This document shows positions 1-9,832 of a DNA stretch of 64,000 nt, in pieces (the stretch's first letter is position 1; the number at the start of each line of letters is the position of its first letter). The notes beneath the pieces were generated by a model that ran no database searches, was not told where the DNA came from, and saw only the letters and a list, made by a program, of their open reading frames with translations. Where the stretch lies: contig CAXXVO010000015.1 in assembly GCA_963422645.2 (NCBI GenBank), positions 64,001 through 128,000 of the forward strand, given 5' to 3'. The position numbers were made by a program, and so were the translations under genes. This stretch comes from Alphaproteobacteria bacterium. GTDB lineage: Bacteria; Pseudomonadota; Alphaproteobacteria; UBA828.

Positions 1-103
1 GCCCGCGCCAGCGCCGCCAATGCCCCCCCGTGCGCGCCGCCCAGCATCGCCCCAACTCCGCCTGCGCTTCCCGCCTTCCGTCCATCATGCCATAACCGGC
101 TGC

Positions 104-1009
104 ATGACCCAGCGCGCGCCTCAGCCCGACGGCGCCGCGGTCTTCGACCGTGCCGCCTTGCGCGCCCACCGCAACCGCGCCGCTGCCGGCTTCGCAGAGC
201 GGGGCGACTTTTTGGTTCGCGAGGTGGGCGAACGGCTTGTGGGCCGGCTCGACGACGTGAAGCGCCGCTTCGCCTGCGTCCTCGATCTCGGCTGCCATGG
301 CGGACAATTGGGACCGCTGCTGCGCCGGCAAGCCGCGTCCGATCTGCTGATCGAGGCCGACCTCTCGCTCGCCATGGTCACGCACGCTGCGGGCCCCGCG
401 CGCCTTGTCGCCGACGAGGAGTGGCTGCCGATCCGCGCGGACTCGCTCGATCTCGTCGTGAGCGCGCTCAGCCTGCATTGGGTAAACGATCTGCCGGGCG
501 CGCTGGTCCAAATCAGGCGGGCGCTCAAGCCGGACGGCCTGCTGCTCGCGGCGATGCTTGGCGGCGAGACCCTGTTCGAGCTGCGCGAGGCGTTCCTGCA
601 GGCGGAAGCGGGGCAGGAAGGCGGTGCGCGGCCGCACGTCTCGCCTTTCCCCGATGTTCAGACCCTCGGCGCCCTGCTGCAGCGGACCGGCTTCGCGCTG
701 CCGGTGATCGACAGCGACCGCATCACGGTCACCTACGAGAGCACCGAGGCGCTGATGCACGATCTGCGGGCCATGGGCGAGGCCAACGCGACCCGTGGGC
801 GGGCGCGGCACTTCGCCAGGCGCAGCACCTTCCATGCGGTGGCCGCCTGCTACCGGGAACTGTTCGGCGACGCGGACGGTCGAATTCCGGCGACCTTCCA
901 GGTGCTCTACCTCACCGGCTGGTGCCCGCACGACTCTCAACAGCAGCCCGCGCGGCGAGGCAGCGGCAGCGTGCGCCTGACGGAGGCGCTCAGACCCGAT
1001 ACACCGTAG
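104..1009 (+). CDS. SAM-dependent methyltransferase (BioC/NDUFAF5-like)
   Basis: Motifs VLDLGCHGG, DLVVSALSLHWVNDL, LKPDG and PATFQVLYLTGW; ATG at 104 chosen within ORF 20..1009. Confidence 0.85.
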   Translation: MTQRAPQPDGAAVFDRAALRAHRNRAAAGFAERGDFLVREVGERLVGRLDDVKRRFACVLDLGCHGGQLGPLLRRQAASDLLIEADLSLAMVTHAAGPARLVADEEWLPIRADSLDLVVSALSLHWVNDLPGALVQIRRALKPDGLLLAAMLGGETLFELREAFLQAEAGQEGGARPHVSPFPDVQTLGALLQRTGFALPVIDSDRITVTYESTEALMHDLRAMGEANATRGRARHFARRSTFHAVAACYRELFGDADGRIPATFQVLYLTGWCPHDSQQQPARRGSGSVRLTEALRPDTP

Positions 1010-1018
1010 CCGGCACGT

Positions 1019-1681
1019 TCAGCCCGCGCGCGCGATCGGACCGATCACGCCCTCGATCGCCCGGGCGCTCACGACGCCCGCGCGGAGCAGGCGGGGAACG
1101 TCCCCGGTGAGGTCGAGCAGGGTGGACCCCAGATTATCGGTGGCCCGTCCGCCGTCGATGATCAGCGCGACGTGCGCTCCGAGCCCGGCCGCAACCTCGG
1201 CGGCGGTGAGCGGGCTCGGCGCACCCGAGGGGTTGGCGCTCGGCGCCGTCAACGGCCGCCCGGCGGCCTCGACCACGGCACACGCGGTCTCGTTGCAGGG
1301 AATCCGCAGCGAGACGCCGGGCGCCCCCTGGTGAACCAAAGGAGAGAGCGGCGACCCCGCAGCGCGCGGCACCACAAGGGTCAACGGGCCGGGCCAGAAG
1401 ACCTCGGCGAGCGCCAGGGCCCGCGCGGAGAACGTCCCACAAGTCTCGGCCATCGCCATTGTGGCGACGAGGGCGATGAGCGGCTTCTCGGCCGGCCTGC
1501 CCTTGGCGCGAAAGACGCCTGCCACGGCCGCATCGCTGGTGGAATCGGCGGCGAGGCCGTAGACCGTATCGGTCGGCAGCCCGACAAGCCCGCCGTCACG
1601 GATGACCCGCGCGGCTCGCGTGAAGGCCGCCGGCGTCGGCGCCAGGCATGGCGGGTCAATTTTGGCGTCGGGGGGTGTCAT
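1019..1681 (-). CDS. tsaC: L-threonylcarbamoyladenylate synthase (Sua5/YrdC)
   Basis: Motifs PTDTVYGL, KGRP..KPLI, FWPGPLT and APSANPSG. Confidence 0.9.
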   Translation of the reverse strand: MTPPDAKIDPPCLAPTPAAFTRAARVIRDGGLVGLPTDTVYGLAADSTSDAAVAGVFRAKGRPAEKPLIALVATMAMAETCGTFSARALALAEVFWPGPLTLVVPRAAGSPLSPLVHQGAPGVSLRIPCNETACAVVEAAGRPLTAPSANPSGAPSPLTAAEVAAGLGAHVALIIDGGRATDNLGSTLLDLTGDVPRLLRAGVVSARAIEGVIGPIARAG

Positions 1682-2469
1682 CGGGCCGCATCCACGCCGC
1701 AGGCAACGAATGGCGGGTTGACGAACCCTGCCTTGCCGTAGCGCAGCTCACGGCCGTTCAGGTCGCGGACATGGCCGCCGGCCGCTTCCAGGACCGCCTG
1801 GCCCGCGGCGGTGTCCCACTCCATGGTACGCCCGAAACGGGGGTAGACGTCGGCCTCGCCCCGCGCCAGAAGACCGAACTTGAGGGCGCTCCCGGCGCTC
1901 TCGATCCGTTCGGGCCTGAGCGTCGCTATGTACGCATCGGTCTCCGCGTCGCGGTGCAAGCGACTGGCGACGACGGCCGGGCCCTCGCCGGGCACCGCCC
2001 GCGCGCTGATTGGCCGGGGCACCCCGTTGCCCACGACGCGCACCGCCTGCCCCAGCCCGTCGGCGACGTAGGATTCGCCCTGGACCGGGGCGTGGAGCAC
2101 GCCGAGCACCGGCCGGCCATCCTCGATCAAGGCGATATTGACCGCGAACTCGCCGGTGTGCGCGATGAACTCCCGGGTGCCGTCCAGAGGATCCACGAGC
2201 CAGAAACGCCCGCCGGGGGGAGCTGCAAGATCGTCGTTAGCCGTGCCCTCCTCCGAAATCACGGGGATTTGCGGATCGGCCGCGCGCAGGCCCGCGACGA
2301 TGAGGCGATCCGCCGCCCGGTCCGCGCCAGTCACCGGCGAGCGATCCGCCTTGGTTTCGACCGTCGTGCCGTCGCGGTAGAAGGCCATGATGGTGCGCCC
2401 GGCCTCCAGCGCCAGACGCCGGGCCGCTGCCGCCAATCGTGGATAATCCTCGCTCTTTGTGCCCGGCAT
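1678..2469 (-). CDS. cysQ: 3'(2'),5'-bisphosphate nucleotidase
   Basis: Motifs SPVT.AD, FWLVDPLDGTREF, GSALKF and EWDTAAG. Confidence 0.93.
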   Translation of the reverse strand: MPGTKSEDYPRLAAAARRLALEAGRTIMAFYRDGTTVETKADRSPVTGADRAADRLIVAGLRAADPQIPVISEEGTANDDLAAPPGGRFWLVDPLDGTREFIAHTGEFAVNIALIEDGRPVLGVLHAPVQGESYVADGLGQAVRVVGNGVPRPISARAVPGEGPAVVASRLHRDAETDAYIATLRPERIESAGSALKFGLLARGEADVYPRFGRTMEWDTAAGQAVLEAAGGHVRDLNGRELRYGKAGFVNPPFVACGVDAAR

Positions 2470-2542
2470 AGGCCTTTCCCGGCGTTCACATTATCGTCAA
2501 CAAGGCGAAATCGCTTTTGCCCGCTGCCGATATACACCACAA

Positions 2543-2557
2543 TGGCATGGGCTTGGC
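2543..2557 (+). promoter_or_regulatory. Possible sigma54 (-24/-12) promoter upstream of the Cys-rich peptide gene
   Basis: TGGCATGGGCTTGGC fits GG-N10-GC but is an imperfect match to TGGCAC-N5-TTGC. Confidence 0.25.
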
Positions 2558-2639
2558 GCAGCATGGGCATTCGAAGCAGCGGCGCGAAGTCCCAACTCAA
2601 ACCAACCAAAATCGCGTCTGCGAGGAGGAGATACCGAGA

Positions 2640-2864
2640 ATGATCAAGGAAACCGTGGTCGCCGTGAGTATCGTCACCATGGCGGCCGGCGCCGCTCTCG
2701 CGCCGTCGGCCGTGTCCGCTGGCAGCCAGCCACTCGTGCTCGCGGACTCGCACGATGCCTGCGAAGATGATCCGTGCAACCCCTGTCCGGACCCGTGTGG
2801 CGGCTGTAACCCGTGTGGAGCCTGCAACCCCTGTGGCGGTTGCAACCCCTGCGCTGGCGACTAA
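2640..2864 (+). CDS. Small secreted cysteine-rich peptide (74 aa) with CNPC/CGGC repeats
   Basis: RBS GAGGAGGAG at 2622-2630, hydrophobic signal-like N-terminus, 10 Cys in the C-terminal ~35 aa, terminator immediately downstream. Confidence 0.85.
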   Translation: MIKETVVAVSIVTMAAGAALAPSAVSAGSQPLVLADSHDACEDDPCNPCPDPCGGCNPCGACNPCGGCNPCAGD

Positions 2865-2892
2865 GCCGAACAGCACACTTGACCTTACCCAA

Positions 2893-2927
2893 GGGCGCCG
2901 CCTCGCGAGAGGCGGCGTTCTTTATTT
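2893..2927 (+). terminator. Rho-independent terminator
   Basis: Hairpin GGGCGCCGCCTC-GCGA-GAGGCGGCGTTC followed by TTTATTT. Confidence 0.8.
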
Positions 2928-2982
2928 CCGGGGTATCGCGTTGCGGCTCGTCGCGGGCGGGCGTCTCGACACGTGCGTGCCT

Positions 2983-3744
2983 TCAGCCTCGCGCGTCGAG
3001 AGCAGCCCTGACTGCGGCGATCTGCGCCTCGATGTCGACCTCGGCCTGTGAGACGACCTCGAGGCGACGATCCTCGAGCGTGTCCTTGCTCGGATTCTGG
3101 GTGGCCCAGTTCTCGATCACCTGATCCCGCGCCTTGAGCAGCAGGATGATCTGCGGCCAGAAGAGCCGCACCATGGCGACGACCCAGCGATTGGTCGGCC
3201 AGGACGGGCGGGCGTGGTCGATGACGTAGCGGCCGATCACCTTGGCGACGTCGTCGGCGCGATACCAGGTCTCGCCGGTGACCCAGCGGTTGGTGGTGAA
3301 GAGCCTGAGCGGCTCGCCCTTCGAACCCATCGAGATGGCGACCACGTGGGTGAGTGCATCATCCCCCATGGGCCACTTGTCGCGGCTCTTGCGGCGCATG
3401 GGCTTCATGCCGCGCGGCATCCCCTTGGCGCGCACGAAGGTGTGGAAGTGCCCGTGCTCCACGTCCCTGAAGCCGCCGGGATGGGCGTGGTAGAAATATT
3501 GGGAGTGGCTCTTGCCGTCGAAGACGTCCCCCTTCGGGTGATGATCCCACTCGTAGAACGTCCCGTACTCGCGCAGCAGTTCGCTCACCACGCTGTCGCC
3601 GGTCCTGCCGAGCACGCGCTGGATCTCGATCACTTCCTCGCCGGCGGCGAGCATCGTGCGCAGCCGCTTCACGGGCTGCGTCGCCATGTCGAGGTGGCGG
3701 GTTTCCTCCTGCCGCTCGTTCTTCGCCGCCGAAGCCTGGGCCAT
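2983..3744 (-). CDS. Conserved His-rich hypothetical protein (DUF6969-like)
   Basis: Motifs YFYHAHP, EHGHFHTF and LFTTNRWVTGETWY; start could also be 3687. Confidence 0.7.
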   Translation of the reverse strand: MAQASAAKNERQEETRHLDMATQPVKRLRTMLAAGEEVIEIQRVLGRTGDSVVSELLREYGTFYEWDHHPKGDVFDGKSHSQYFYHAHPGGFRDVEHGHFHTFVRAKGMPRGMKPMRRKSRDKWPMGDDALTHVVAISMGSKGEPLRLFTTNRWVTGETWYRADDVAKVIGRYVIDHARPSWPTNRWVVAMVRLFWPQIILLLKARDQVIENWATQNPSKDTLEDRRLEVVSQAEVDIEAQIAAVRAALDARG

Positions 3745-3844
3745 TCTGCCGCTCTGCCGCCTGTTCGCTGGCCGTGCCGTCAGGGAAAGATAGTGCTGGG
3801 GTTCCGCACTTGCCAGACCGGGCGTTCTCTTCCTTGCCCGTCTG

Positions 3845-4720
3845 CTATTCCCCCTCGCCCGGCTCGAGGACGAGGCGGAAGCCGACAAGGATGTGCTTGA
3901 TATCGGCCGGCCGGGCATGCCGCGCCGCAGGGCGGCAGACGCCGCAGCCGCTGTCGTCCCACGACCCGCCCTTGACCAGGAAACGCCCCGGATTGCCGGG
4001 CGAGGCGGTCCACTCGAAGACCATTCCCGCCGCATCGAGCAGGCCGTAGGGGCTCGCGCCGGCGGGAAAACTCCCGACCGGCACCGTGTCGAAGGGGCCG
4101 GCGTCGTGGCTGTTGAGCCGCGCCGGGTCGTAGGTATCGCCCCAGGGGAAGGCACGCCCGTCGGTGCCGCGCGCGGCCTTCTCCCATTCGAGCGCCGTCG
4201 GCAGGCGCCAGGTGTGCCCTGTCTCGGCCGAGAGCCAGGCCGCGTAAGCCGTGGCGTCGTCGTGCGAGACCATCACCACCGGATGGTCGTCGCGCCCCGG
4301 CGGCGGCTTTCCGTCCGTCCACGCGTGGCGGCGGGTGCGCTCATAGGGGTGGATCAGCCGATAGCCGCGCCAGGTCTCGACATCGACATCGGGCACGCGA
4401 TGGTTCGCGGCATCCACGAACGCCTGATATTGGGCGTTGGTGATCAGCGTGCGCGTGACGAAAAAGCGCTCCAGCGTCTTGGATCCGCGCGGGCGCTCGC
4501 GGTCGTACCAGCCGCGTTCCCGCGTTCGGGAGTGGCCGTAGGCCGCCTCGTCGAGCTGGTAGGCGTATTCGCGCTCAGCCGCGTCGGAGCCCGCGATGAA
4601 GGGGCCGGCCGGAACCTCCACGACCTCCGGCGCGATCGCGGTTTCGGCATGGGTGGCGCCCGCGAAGGCAGCGCCGGAGACCGCGAAGCATAGGGCGAGC
4701 AAGGTTCGAACGAGAATCAT
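3845..4720 (-). CDS. Secreted formylglycine-generating enzyme (SUMF1/FGE-sulfatase) domain protein
   Basis: Signal peptide; motifs VPAGPFIAGS, HPVVMVS, RLPT.LEWEKAARG, YGLLD.AG.V.EW and KGGSW. Confidence 0.88.
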   Translation of the reverse strand: MILVRTLLALCFAVSGAAFAGATHAETAIAPEVVEVPAGPFIAGSDAAEREYAYQLDEAAYGHSRTRERGWYDRERPRGSKTLERFFVTRTLITNAQYQAFVDAANHRVPDVDVETWRGYRLIHPYERTRRHAWTDGKPPPGRDDHPVVMVSHDDATAYAAWLSAETGHTWRLPTALEWEKAARGTDGRAFPWGDTYDPARLNSHDAGPFDTVPVGSFPAGASPYGLLDAAGMVFEWTASPGNPGRFLVKGGSWDDSGCGVCRPAARHARPADIKHILVGFRLVLEPGEGE

Positions 4721-4769
4721 CCCTGCAATCTATGCACGGACCGCCCGACGGAGGAATCACAAAAATTTG

Positions 4770-6657
4770 GTAACTGCCCAGGTCGTCTGATTTGTCATTT
4801 TGGGCCAGTGGATTGAGGCGTTTCTCGTTCGGAGTTGGTGGAAAGGGCTTGACGGGAATTTCGGGAAATGACTCAACAACGACATGAGCAATCCCGAGTC
4901 GCCGCGCGGCCCTTCGACGGGAGCAGCGCCCGAAACGCCCGCGCAGAAGATCGCCCGCCTGGAGGAGGAGAACGCCCGGCTTCGGGAGGAAAATGCCTGG
5001 CTTCGGCAGCAGAACGCGCGGCTGGAAGAGCAAGTCGCGCGTCTCGTCGAGCGCATCGAGGAGTTGGAGCGCCGTCTCGGCCTCAACAGCGGCAACAGCG
5101 GCAAGCCGCCTTCGAGCGATGGGCTGAGGAAGCCGAATTCGAAGCGGCGAACCCGAAGCCTGCGCGGCAAATCGGGCCGCAAGCCCGGTGGCCAGCCCGG
5201 CCACAAGGGCAAGACGCTGCGCCGCGCCGATCACCCGGATCGGGTGAAGGATCACGTCCCGGCTTCCTGCAAGGGATGCGGTTCGCCGCTTTCGGACGCG
5301 GCCAGGGCGGGAACGCCCGTCGCCCGCCAGGTGTTCGATCTGCCCGAGCCGAGCCCCCTGGAGGTGACCGAGCACCGGGCGCATGCCAAGTGCTGCGGGC
5401 ATTGCGGGACGGTGACCCGGGCGGCGTTCCCCGACGGGGTGTCGGCGCCGGTGCAGTACGGCCCGCGCATTGCCGGGGTGGCGGTCTACCTTCAGCACGC
5501 TCACTTCCTGCCGGAGGATCGGCTGTCGCAGGTGATGGCCGAGCTCTTCGGCGCGCCGGTGACGGCTGCGACGTTGGCGACGATGAGCGAGAGGGCGGCC
5601 GAGCGGCTGCGGGACGCGGCCTTGCACATACAGGACCTGGCGGCGGGCACGGCGCGGGTGAAACACATGGACGAGACCGGCTTGCGGATCGGCGGTCAGA
5701 CGCAGTGGCTTCATGTGATCTGCACGCCGCTGCTGGCGGCGTACCGGGTCAGCGGCAAGCGCGGCGCCCTGCTCTCGGGTGTCTCCGGCATCGTCGTGCA
5801 CGATCACTGGAAGCCGTACTTCGCGATGGAAGGGGTGGAGCACGGCCTGTGCAACGCCCATCACCTGCGGGAGTTGCAGGCGCTGGTGGACATCGAAGGG
5901 GAGGCTTGGGCCCGGCGGATGCAGCAGCTCCTGCGCCGAGCCAATCGCGCCGCCCGCATCGCGCTGGACAAGGATATCGCCGTTCCGGCGAGGCTTGTGG
6001 CGCTGATCGAGCGCCGATACGACGAGATCATCGCCGATGCGCTGGCCTTTCACGAGAGCCAACCACCGTTCTCGCCTGGCAAGAGGAAGAAGCGCCGGAA
6101 GCGAAGGATCGGTCACAATCTGGCCTTGAGGCTGCGCGACCACAAATGCGCGGTGCTCCGGTTCCTGATCGACCTCGAGGTCGGGTTCACGAACAACGAG
6201 GCCGAGCGCGACCTTCGGATGATGAAGCTGCGCCAGAAGATCTCCGGGGGCTTCCGGTCCGCGCAGGGGGCCGAGAACTTCGCCATCCTGCGCAGCGTCA
6301 TCACCACCGCCAGAAAGCAGGGCTGGAATATCATCGAAGCCCTGACCAGCCCATCGGATCGGCTCATCGCCACCGTCAAGTGCGCGTAAGCTCACCTGGC
6401 ACGGGTTCTCCAACAGCGGAGCCATTCTCATAAACGATCATGGTCGACGCCGTGCTGGACCACCCCATAGAATGAAAATCGGTGCCCGTCGCGCGGGCGG
6501 ACTTCGGGCCACATCGGGGTAGCTTACCGGTCGCAGTCCGCAAGAGGGGCATCGTGAGCTGTGAAACCCGGCGACCCCAGAGGAGCACACGGGCGTCGCG
6601 TGGGTAGCGTTGTGCCGAATCCCAGAGAATTTTCACAGCAAGAACCTGGGCAGTTAC
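4770..6657 (+). mobile_element. IS66-family element (single transposase, ISBst12-like), no passenger gene
   Basis: Terminal IR GTAACTGCCCAGGT at both ends; 8-bp TSD AAAATTTG at 4762-4769 and 6658-6665. Confidence 0.95.
4884..6389 (+). CDS. IS66-family transposase (TnpC-like)
   Basis: Coiled coil, NSGKPPSSDG, GGQPGHKG, zinc finger, HMDETG, VHDHW, LCNAHHLREL and NNEAERDLR. Confidence 0.95.
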   Translation: MSNPESPRGPSTGAAPETPAQKIARLEEENARLREENAWLRQQNARLEEQVARLVERIEELERRLGLNSGNSGKPPSSDGLRKPNSKRRTRSLRGKSGRKPGGQPGHKGKTLRRADHPDRVKDHVPASCKGCGSPLSDAARAGTPVARQVFDLPEPSPLEVTEHRAHAKCCGHCGTVTRAAFPDGVSAPVQYGPRIAGVAVYLQHAHFLPEDRLSQVMAELFGAPVTAATLATMSERAAERLRDAALHIQDLAAGTARVKHMDETGLRIGGQTQWLHVICTPLLAAYRVSGKRGALLSGVSGIVVHDHWKPYFAMEGVEHGLCNAHHLRELQALVDIEGEAWARRMQQLLRRANRAARIALDKDIAVPARLVALIERRYDEIIADALAFHESQPPFSPGKRKKRRKRRIGHNLALRLRDHKCAVLRFLIDLEVGFTNNEAERDLRMMKLRQKISGGFRSAQGAENFAILRSVITTARKQGWNIIEALTSPSDRLIATVKCA

Positions 6658-6740
6658 AAAATTTGAGTGGAAGGGGTTTGCCCGGCACGATGCGGTCGCC
6701 GACAATTCATAACGAACACGGTCATAAAGGGAGGCTCCAC

Positions 6741-8030
6741 ATGCCACGCTCGAAACCCCTGCTCGCCGGAACGGTGGTCCCTGTGGTCATCGGGCTTGCG
6801 GTCGCCACCAGTGGCGGCCACGCCACCGCCGGCACATCCGCCGGCGAGAGTCCGGGGGCGACCCCGCAACAGCAGGAACCGGGCGTGCTCCTCTTCGCTT
6901 CCTGCAACCCCTGCGGACCATGCGGGCCCTGCAATCCGTGCGATTCATGCGCAGCGGCATGCGGGCCCTGTGGGCCGTGCAATCCTTGCAATCCCTGTAA
7001 TCCCTGTGCCGGTGCGTGCAATCCCTGCGAACCCTGGGACGCCTGCAACCCCTGCGCCGGCGCTTGCGGCCCGTGCGGCCCATGCAATCCCTGCAACCCC
7101 TGCGCGGCTGCTTGTGGTCCCTGTGGCCCGTGCAACCCCTGCGCGGCTGGTGCTGCGGTCAGCTCGGACTGCGAAGTCCCACGCCTCGCCGCCGCGAGCA
7201 GCCCCTGTGGGCCGTGTGCTCCCTGCAATCCATGCGGGCCATGCAACCCCTGCGCGGCCTCCTGCGCACCCTGCGGTCCTTGCGGCCCCTGCAACCCCTG
7301 CGCAGCCGCTTGCGCGCCCTGCGGCCCTTGCAACCCATGCGAGCCGTGCAATCCATGCGCAGCCGCCTGCGCACCCTGCAACCCCTGCAGTCCGTGCAAC
7401 CCCTGCGCGGCGGCAAACCCGTGCGGGCCATGCAACCCCTGTGCGGCGGCAAACCCCTGCAATCCCTGTGCACCGTGCGGGCCGTGCGGCGCCTGCAACC
7501 CGTGCAACCCCTGTGCGGCCGGCGAGGAGGTCGAGCTGACCGCAGACGAGGCTCGGGACGCCTATGCCTGCATCAGTGGGGTCATGGCCGAGGGATACGC
7601 CAAGTCGGGCAACCAGTGGGCGGCGTCTTACCGGAACTGGCGCAACGTCGCGGCACAGCCCTATGTCTCCGACACCCACGGCGCGCGCTACGTCAACAAC
7701 TACGCCAACGACATCGGCGTCGACAATTACAGCCTCTTCGAAGAGGCCGGGCCGTCGCCTGCGGGGACCGTGCTGGCCAAGGACAGCTTCACCGTCAAGC
7801 CCAACGGCAAGATCGGCGCCGGGCCGCTCTTCCTGATGGAAAAGATGGAAGCCGGCTTCAACGCCGATACAGGCGACTGGCGCTATACGCTGATCATGCC
7901 GAACGGCCGGACGATCGGCACCACCGGCGGCAAGGGCAACAAGAACGTCGTCTTCTGCGCCGAGTGCCACCTCGGCGTCGAGGACTATGACAGCCGCTTC
8001 TTCCTCGACGAGGACTACCGGGTCCAATAG
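6741..8030 (+). CDS. Exported protein with Cys-rich (CxP)n repeats fused to a C-terminal cytochrome P460/c'-beta family domain
   Basis: RBS AGGGAGG, signal peptide; C-terminal [21 protein letters not shown] and heme motif CAECH. Confidence 0.85.
   Translation: MPRSKPLLAGTVVPVVIGLAVATSGGHATAGTSAGESPGATPQQQEPGVLLFASCNPCGPCGPCNPCDSCAAACGPCGPCNPCNPCNPCAGACNPCEPWDACNPCAGACGPCGPCNPCNPCAAACGPCGPCNPCAAGAAVSSDCEVPRLAAASSPCGPCAPCNPCGPCNPCAASCAPCGPCGPCNPCAAACAPCGPCNPCEPCNPCAAACAPCNPCSPCNPCAAANPCGPCNPCAAANPCNPCAPCGPCGACNPCNPCAAGEEVELTADEARDAYACISGVMAEGYAKSGNQWAASYRNWRNVAAQPYVSDTHGARYVNNYANDIGVDNYSLFEEAGPSPAGTVLAKDSFTVKPNGKIGAGPLFLMEKMEAGFNADTGDWRYTLIMPNGRTIGTTGGKGNKNVVFCAECHLGVEDYDSRFFLDEDYRVQ
6903..7514 (+). 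repeat. Degenerate 9-nt coding tandem repeat (C-N/G/A-P) in two blocks
   Basis: Repeated TGCAACCCC/TGCGGCCCG units; 58 Cys in 204 codons by manual count. Confidence 0.95.
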
Positions 8031-8157
8031 CCACCCGCCTGCGGCGCGCTGCTCCCCGGGAGCGACGCGCCGCCGGCTGAATGGTCTGCTTGATCGCGGG
8101 TGCGAACCCGGCCTATGTTCGCGCCTTCACCGCTTGATCGGGACTAGAGCTAAGGAG

Positions 8158-8553
8158 ATGCCCGTGCGCGCACGTCACGTACTCGCCGTTGCCCTCGCCA
8201 CCTTCATGATGGCGGCGAGCGCCTCCGCCATTGCCGCCGATGTGAAGAAGGGCAAGAAGGTCTTCAAGAAGTGCAAGGTGTGCCACACCGTCAAGGAAGG
8301 CGGGAAGCACAAGGTCGGCCCCAACCTCCACGGCGTCTTCGGCCGCACCTCGGGCACGGCCGAGGGCTTCAAGAAGTACTCAGACGCGATGAAGGACGCG
8401 GCGATCGTCTGGGACGAGGAGACCATCTACGCGTACATCTCCGATCCCAAGGGGTACATTCCGAAGAACAAGATGGCGTTCAAGGGGGTCAGGAAAGAGA
8501 AAGACCGCGAGAACCTGATGGCCTATCTCAAGGAAGCCACCGGCGCCGAGTGA
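8158..8553 (+). CDS. Cytochrome c2-like class I cytochrome c
   Basis: Signal peptide, [17 protein letters not shown] and KMAFKG. Confidence 0.93.
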   Translation: MPVRARHVLAVALATFMMAASASAIAADVKKGKKVFKKCKVCHTVKEGGKHKVGPNLHGVFGRTSGTAEGFKKYSDAMKDAAIVWDEETIYAYISDPKGYIPKNKMAFKGVRKEKDRENLMAYLKEATGAE

Positions 8554-8594
8554 GCCGGGCGGGCGCCGCCACTCTGCGCTGATCGGCGGCAGCC

Positions 8595-9119
8595 ATGCCC
8601 GACTTCGACCTGCGCGAGCACATCCGCGAAATTCCGGACTTTCCCAAGCCCGGCATCCTCTTCTACGACATCTCCACCTTACTCGCCCACGCCGAGGCCT
8701 GGGGCGAAACGGTGCAACGACTCGCCGACGTGGTGGGCGGTCACAAGCCCGATTTGCTGGCGGGTATCGAATCCCGCGGCTTTCTGGTCGCGGCGCCGTT
8801 GGCGCACGCGCTCGGCTGCGGCTTCATCATGGTGCGCAAGAAGGGCAAGCTGCCGGGCCAGACCGTGGCGTACGAGTACGCGCTCGAATACGGCACCGAT
8901 CAGGTCGAGGTGCAGGCCGACGCCGTGGCACCTGGCCAGCGGGTCGTCCTGGTCGACGATCTGCTTGCAACCGGAGGCACGGCGGCCGCGTCGCACGCTC
9001 TGCTGCGCCAACTGGGCGCCGAGGTGGTGGCGGCGACCTTCATCATCGAGCTGACCTTCCTCGGTGGGAGGGGGCGCCTCGACCTGCCGATCACCTCCCT
9101 CGTCGCCTACGACGAGTAG
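8595..9119 (+). CDS. apt: Adenine phosphoribosyltransferase
   Basis: Motifs [25 protein letters not shown] and [10 protein letters not shown]. Confidence 0.97.
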   Translation: MPDFDLREHIREIPDFPKPGILFYDISTLLAHAEAWGETVQRLADVVGGHKPDLLAGIESRGFLVAAPLAHALGCGFIMVRKKGKLPGQTVAYEYALEYGTDQVEVQADAVAPGQRVVLVDDLLATGGTAAASHALLRQLGAEVVAATFIIELTFLGGRGRLDLPITSLVAYDE

Positions 9120-9152
9120 CGGCGGCACAAGGGAACGCGGGAGACCTATTCC

Positions 9153-9821
9153 ATGGCCATCGCCGTGATCGGAGGCACCGGTCCCCAGGGCCGCGGGCTG
9201 GCTCAGCGCTGCGCGCTCGCCGGCATCGATGTGGTGGTCGGCTCGCGCGATGCCACCCGCGCAGCGGAGATTGCCGCCGATCTTAGGGACGGCGTGCCTG
9301 ACGCGCCGGGGGCAATCGAAGGCGCCGCCAACGCCGACGCGGTCGCGCAAGCCGAGCGCATGGTGGTGCTGGCGGTGCCGTGGAGCGCGCACCAGGCGAC
9401 GCTCGCGGGGCTCACCGAAGCGCTGCAGGGGAAGATCCTGGTTGACATGGCGGTGCCGCTCGCCGACGGCAATCCCCGGCGCACCGCGATGCCCCCCGAG
9501 GGCTCGGCGACCGAGGCGGCGCAGGCGATGCTCGGCGAAGGCGTCGCCGTGGTGGGCGCGCTCCACAACGTCTCCGCCCACGTGCTCGCCGCCCTCGATC
9601 AGCCGATCAACTGCGACATCCTCGTCTGCGGCGACGATCTGGAGGCGAAGCGCGTGGTGATGGACCTGGTCGAGACCATCGGGGCGCGCGCCTACAATTG
9701 CGGCCCGGCCGAGAGCGCGCGCTGCATCGAGGCGATGACCTCGTTGCTGATTCGCCTCAACATGTCCAAGGCGACGGGCTTCAAGCACGCGGGCGTAAAG
9801 ATCTGGCCGGAAGCCGGGTGA
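9153..9821 (+). CDS. npdG: NADPH-dependent F420 reductase
   Basis: Motifs [21 protein letters not shown] and ALHNVSA. Confidence 0.88.
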   Translation: MAIAVIGGTGPQGRGLAQRCALAGIDVVVGSRDATRAAEIAADLRDGVPDAPGAIEGAANADAVAQAERMVVLAVPWSAHQATLAGLTEALQGKILVDMAVPLADGNPRRTAMPPEGSATEAAQAMLGEGVAVVGALHNVSAHVLAALDQPINCDILVCGDDLEAKRVVMDLVETIGARAYNCGPAESARCIEAMTSLLIRLNMSKATGFKHAGVKIWPEAG

Positions 9822-9832
9822 GGGAGACGACC

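Noticed and set aside
6903-7514. Repeat array as CRISPR or non-coding satellite
   Set aside because: It has 9-nt periodicity with synonymous variation inside an ORF, no unique spacers, and no cas genes in the window.
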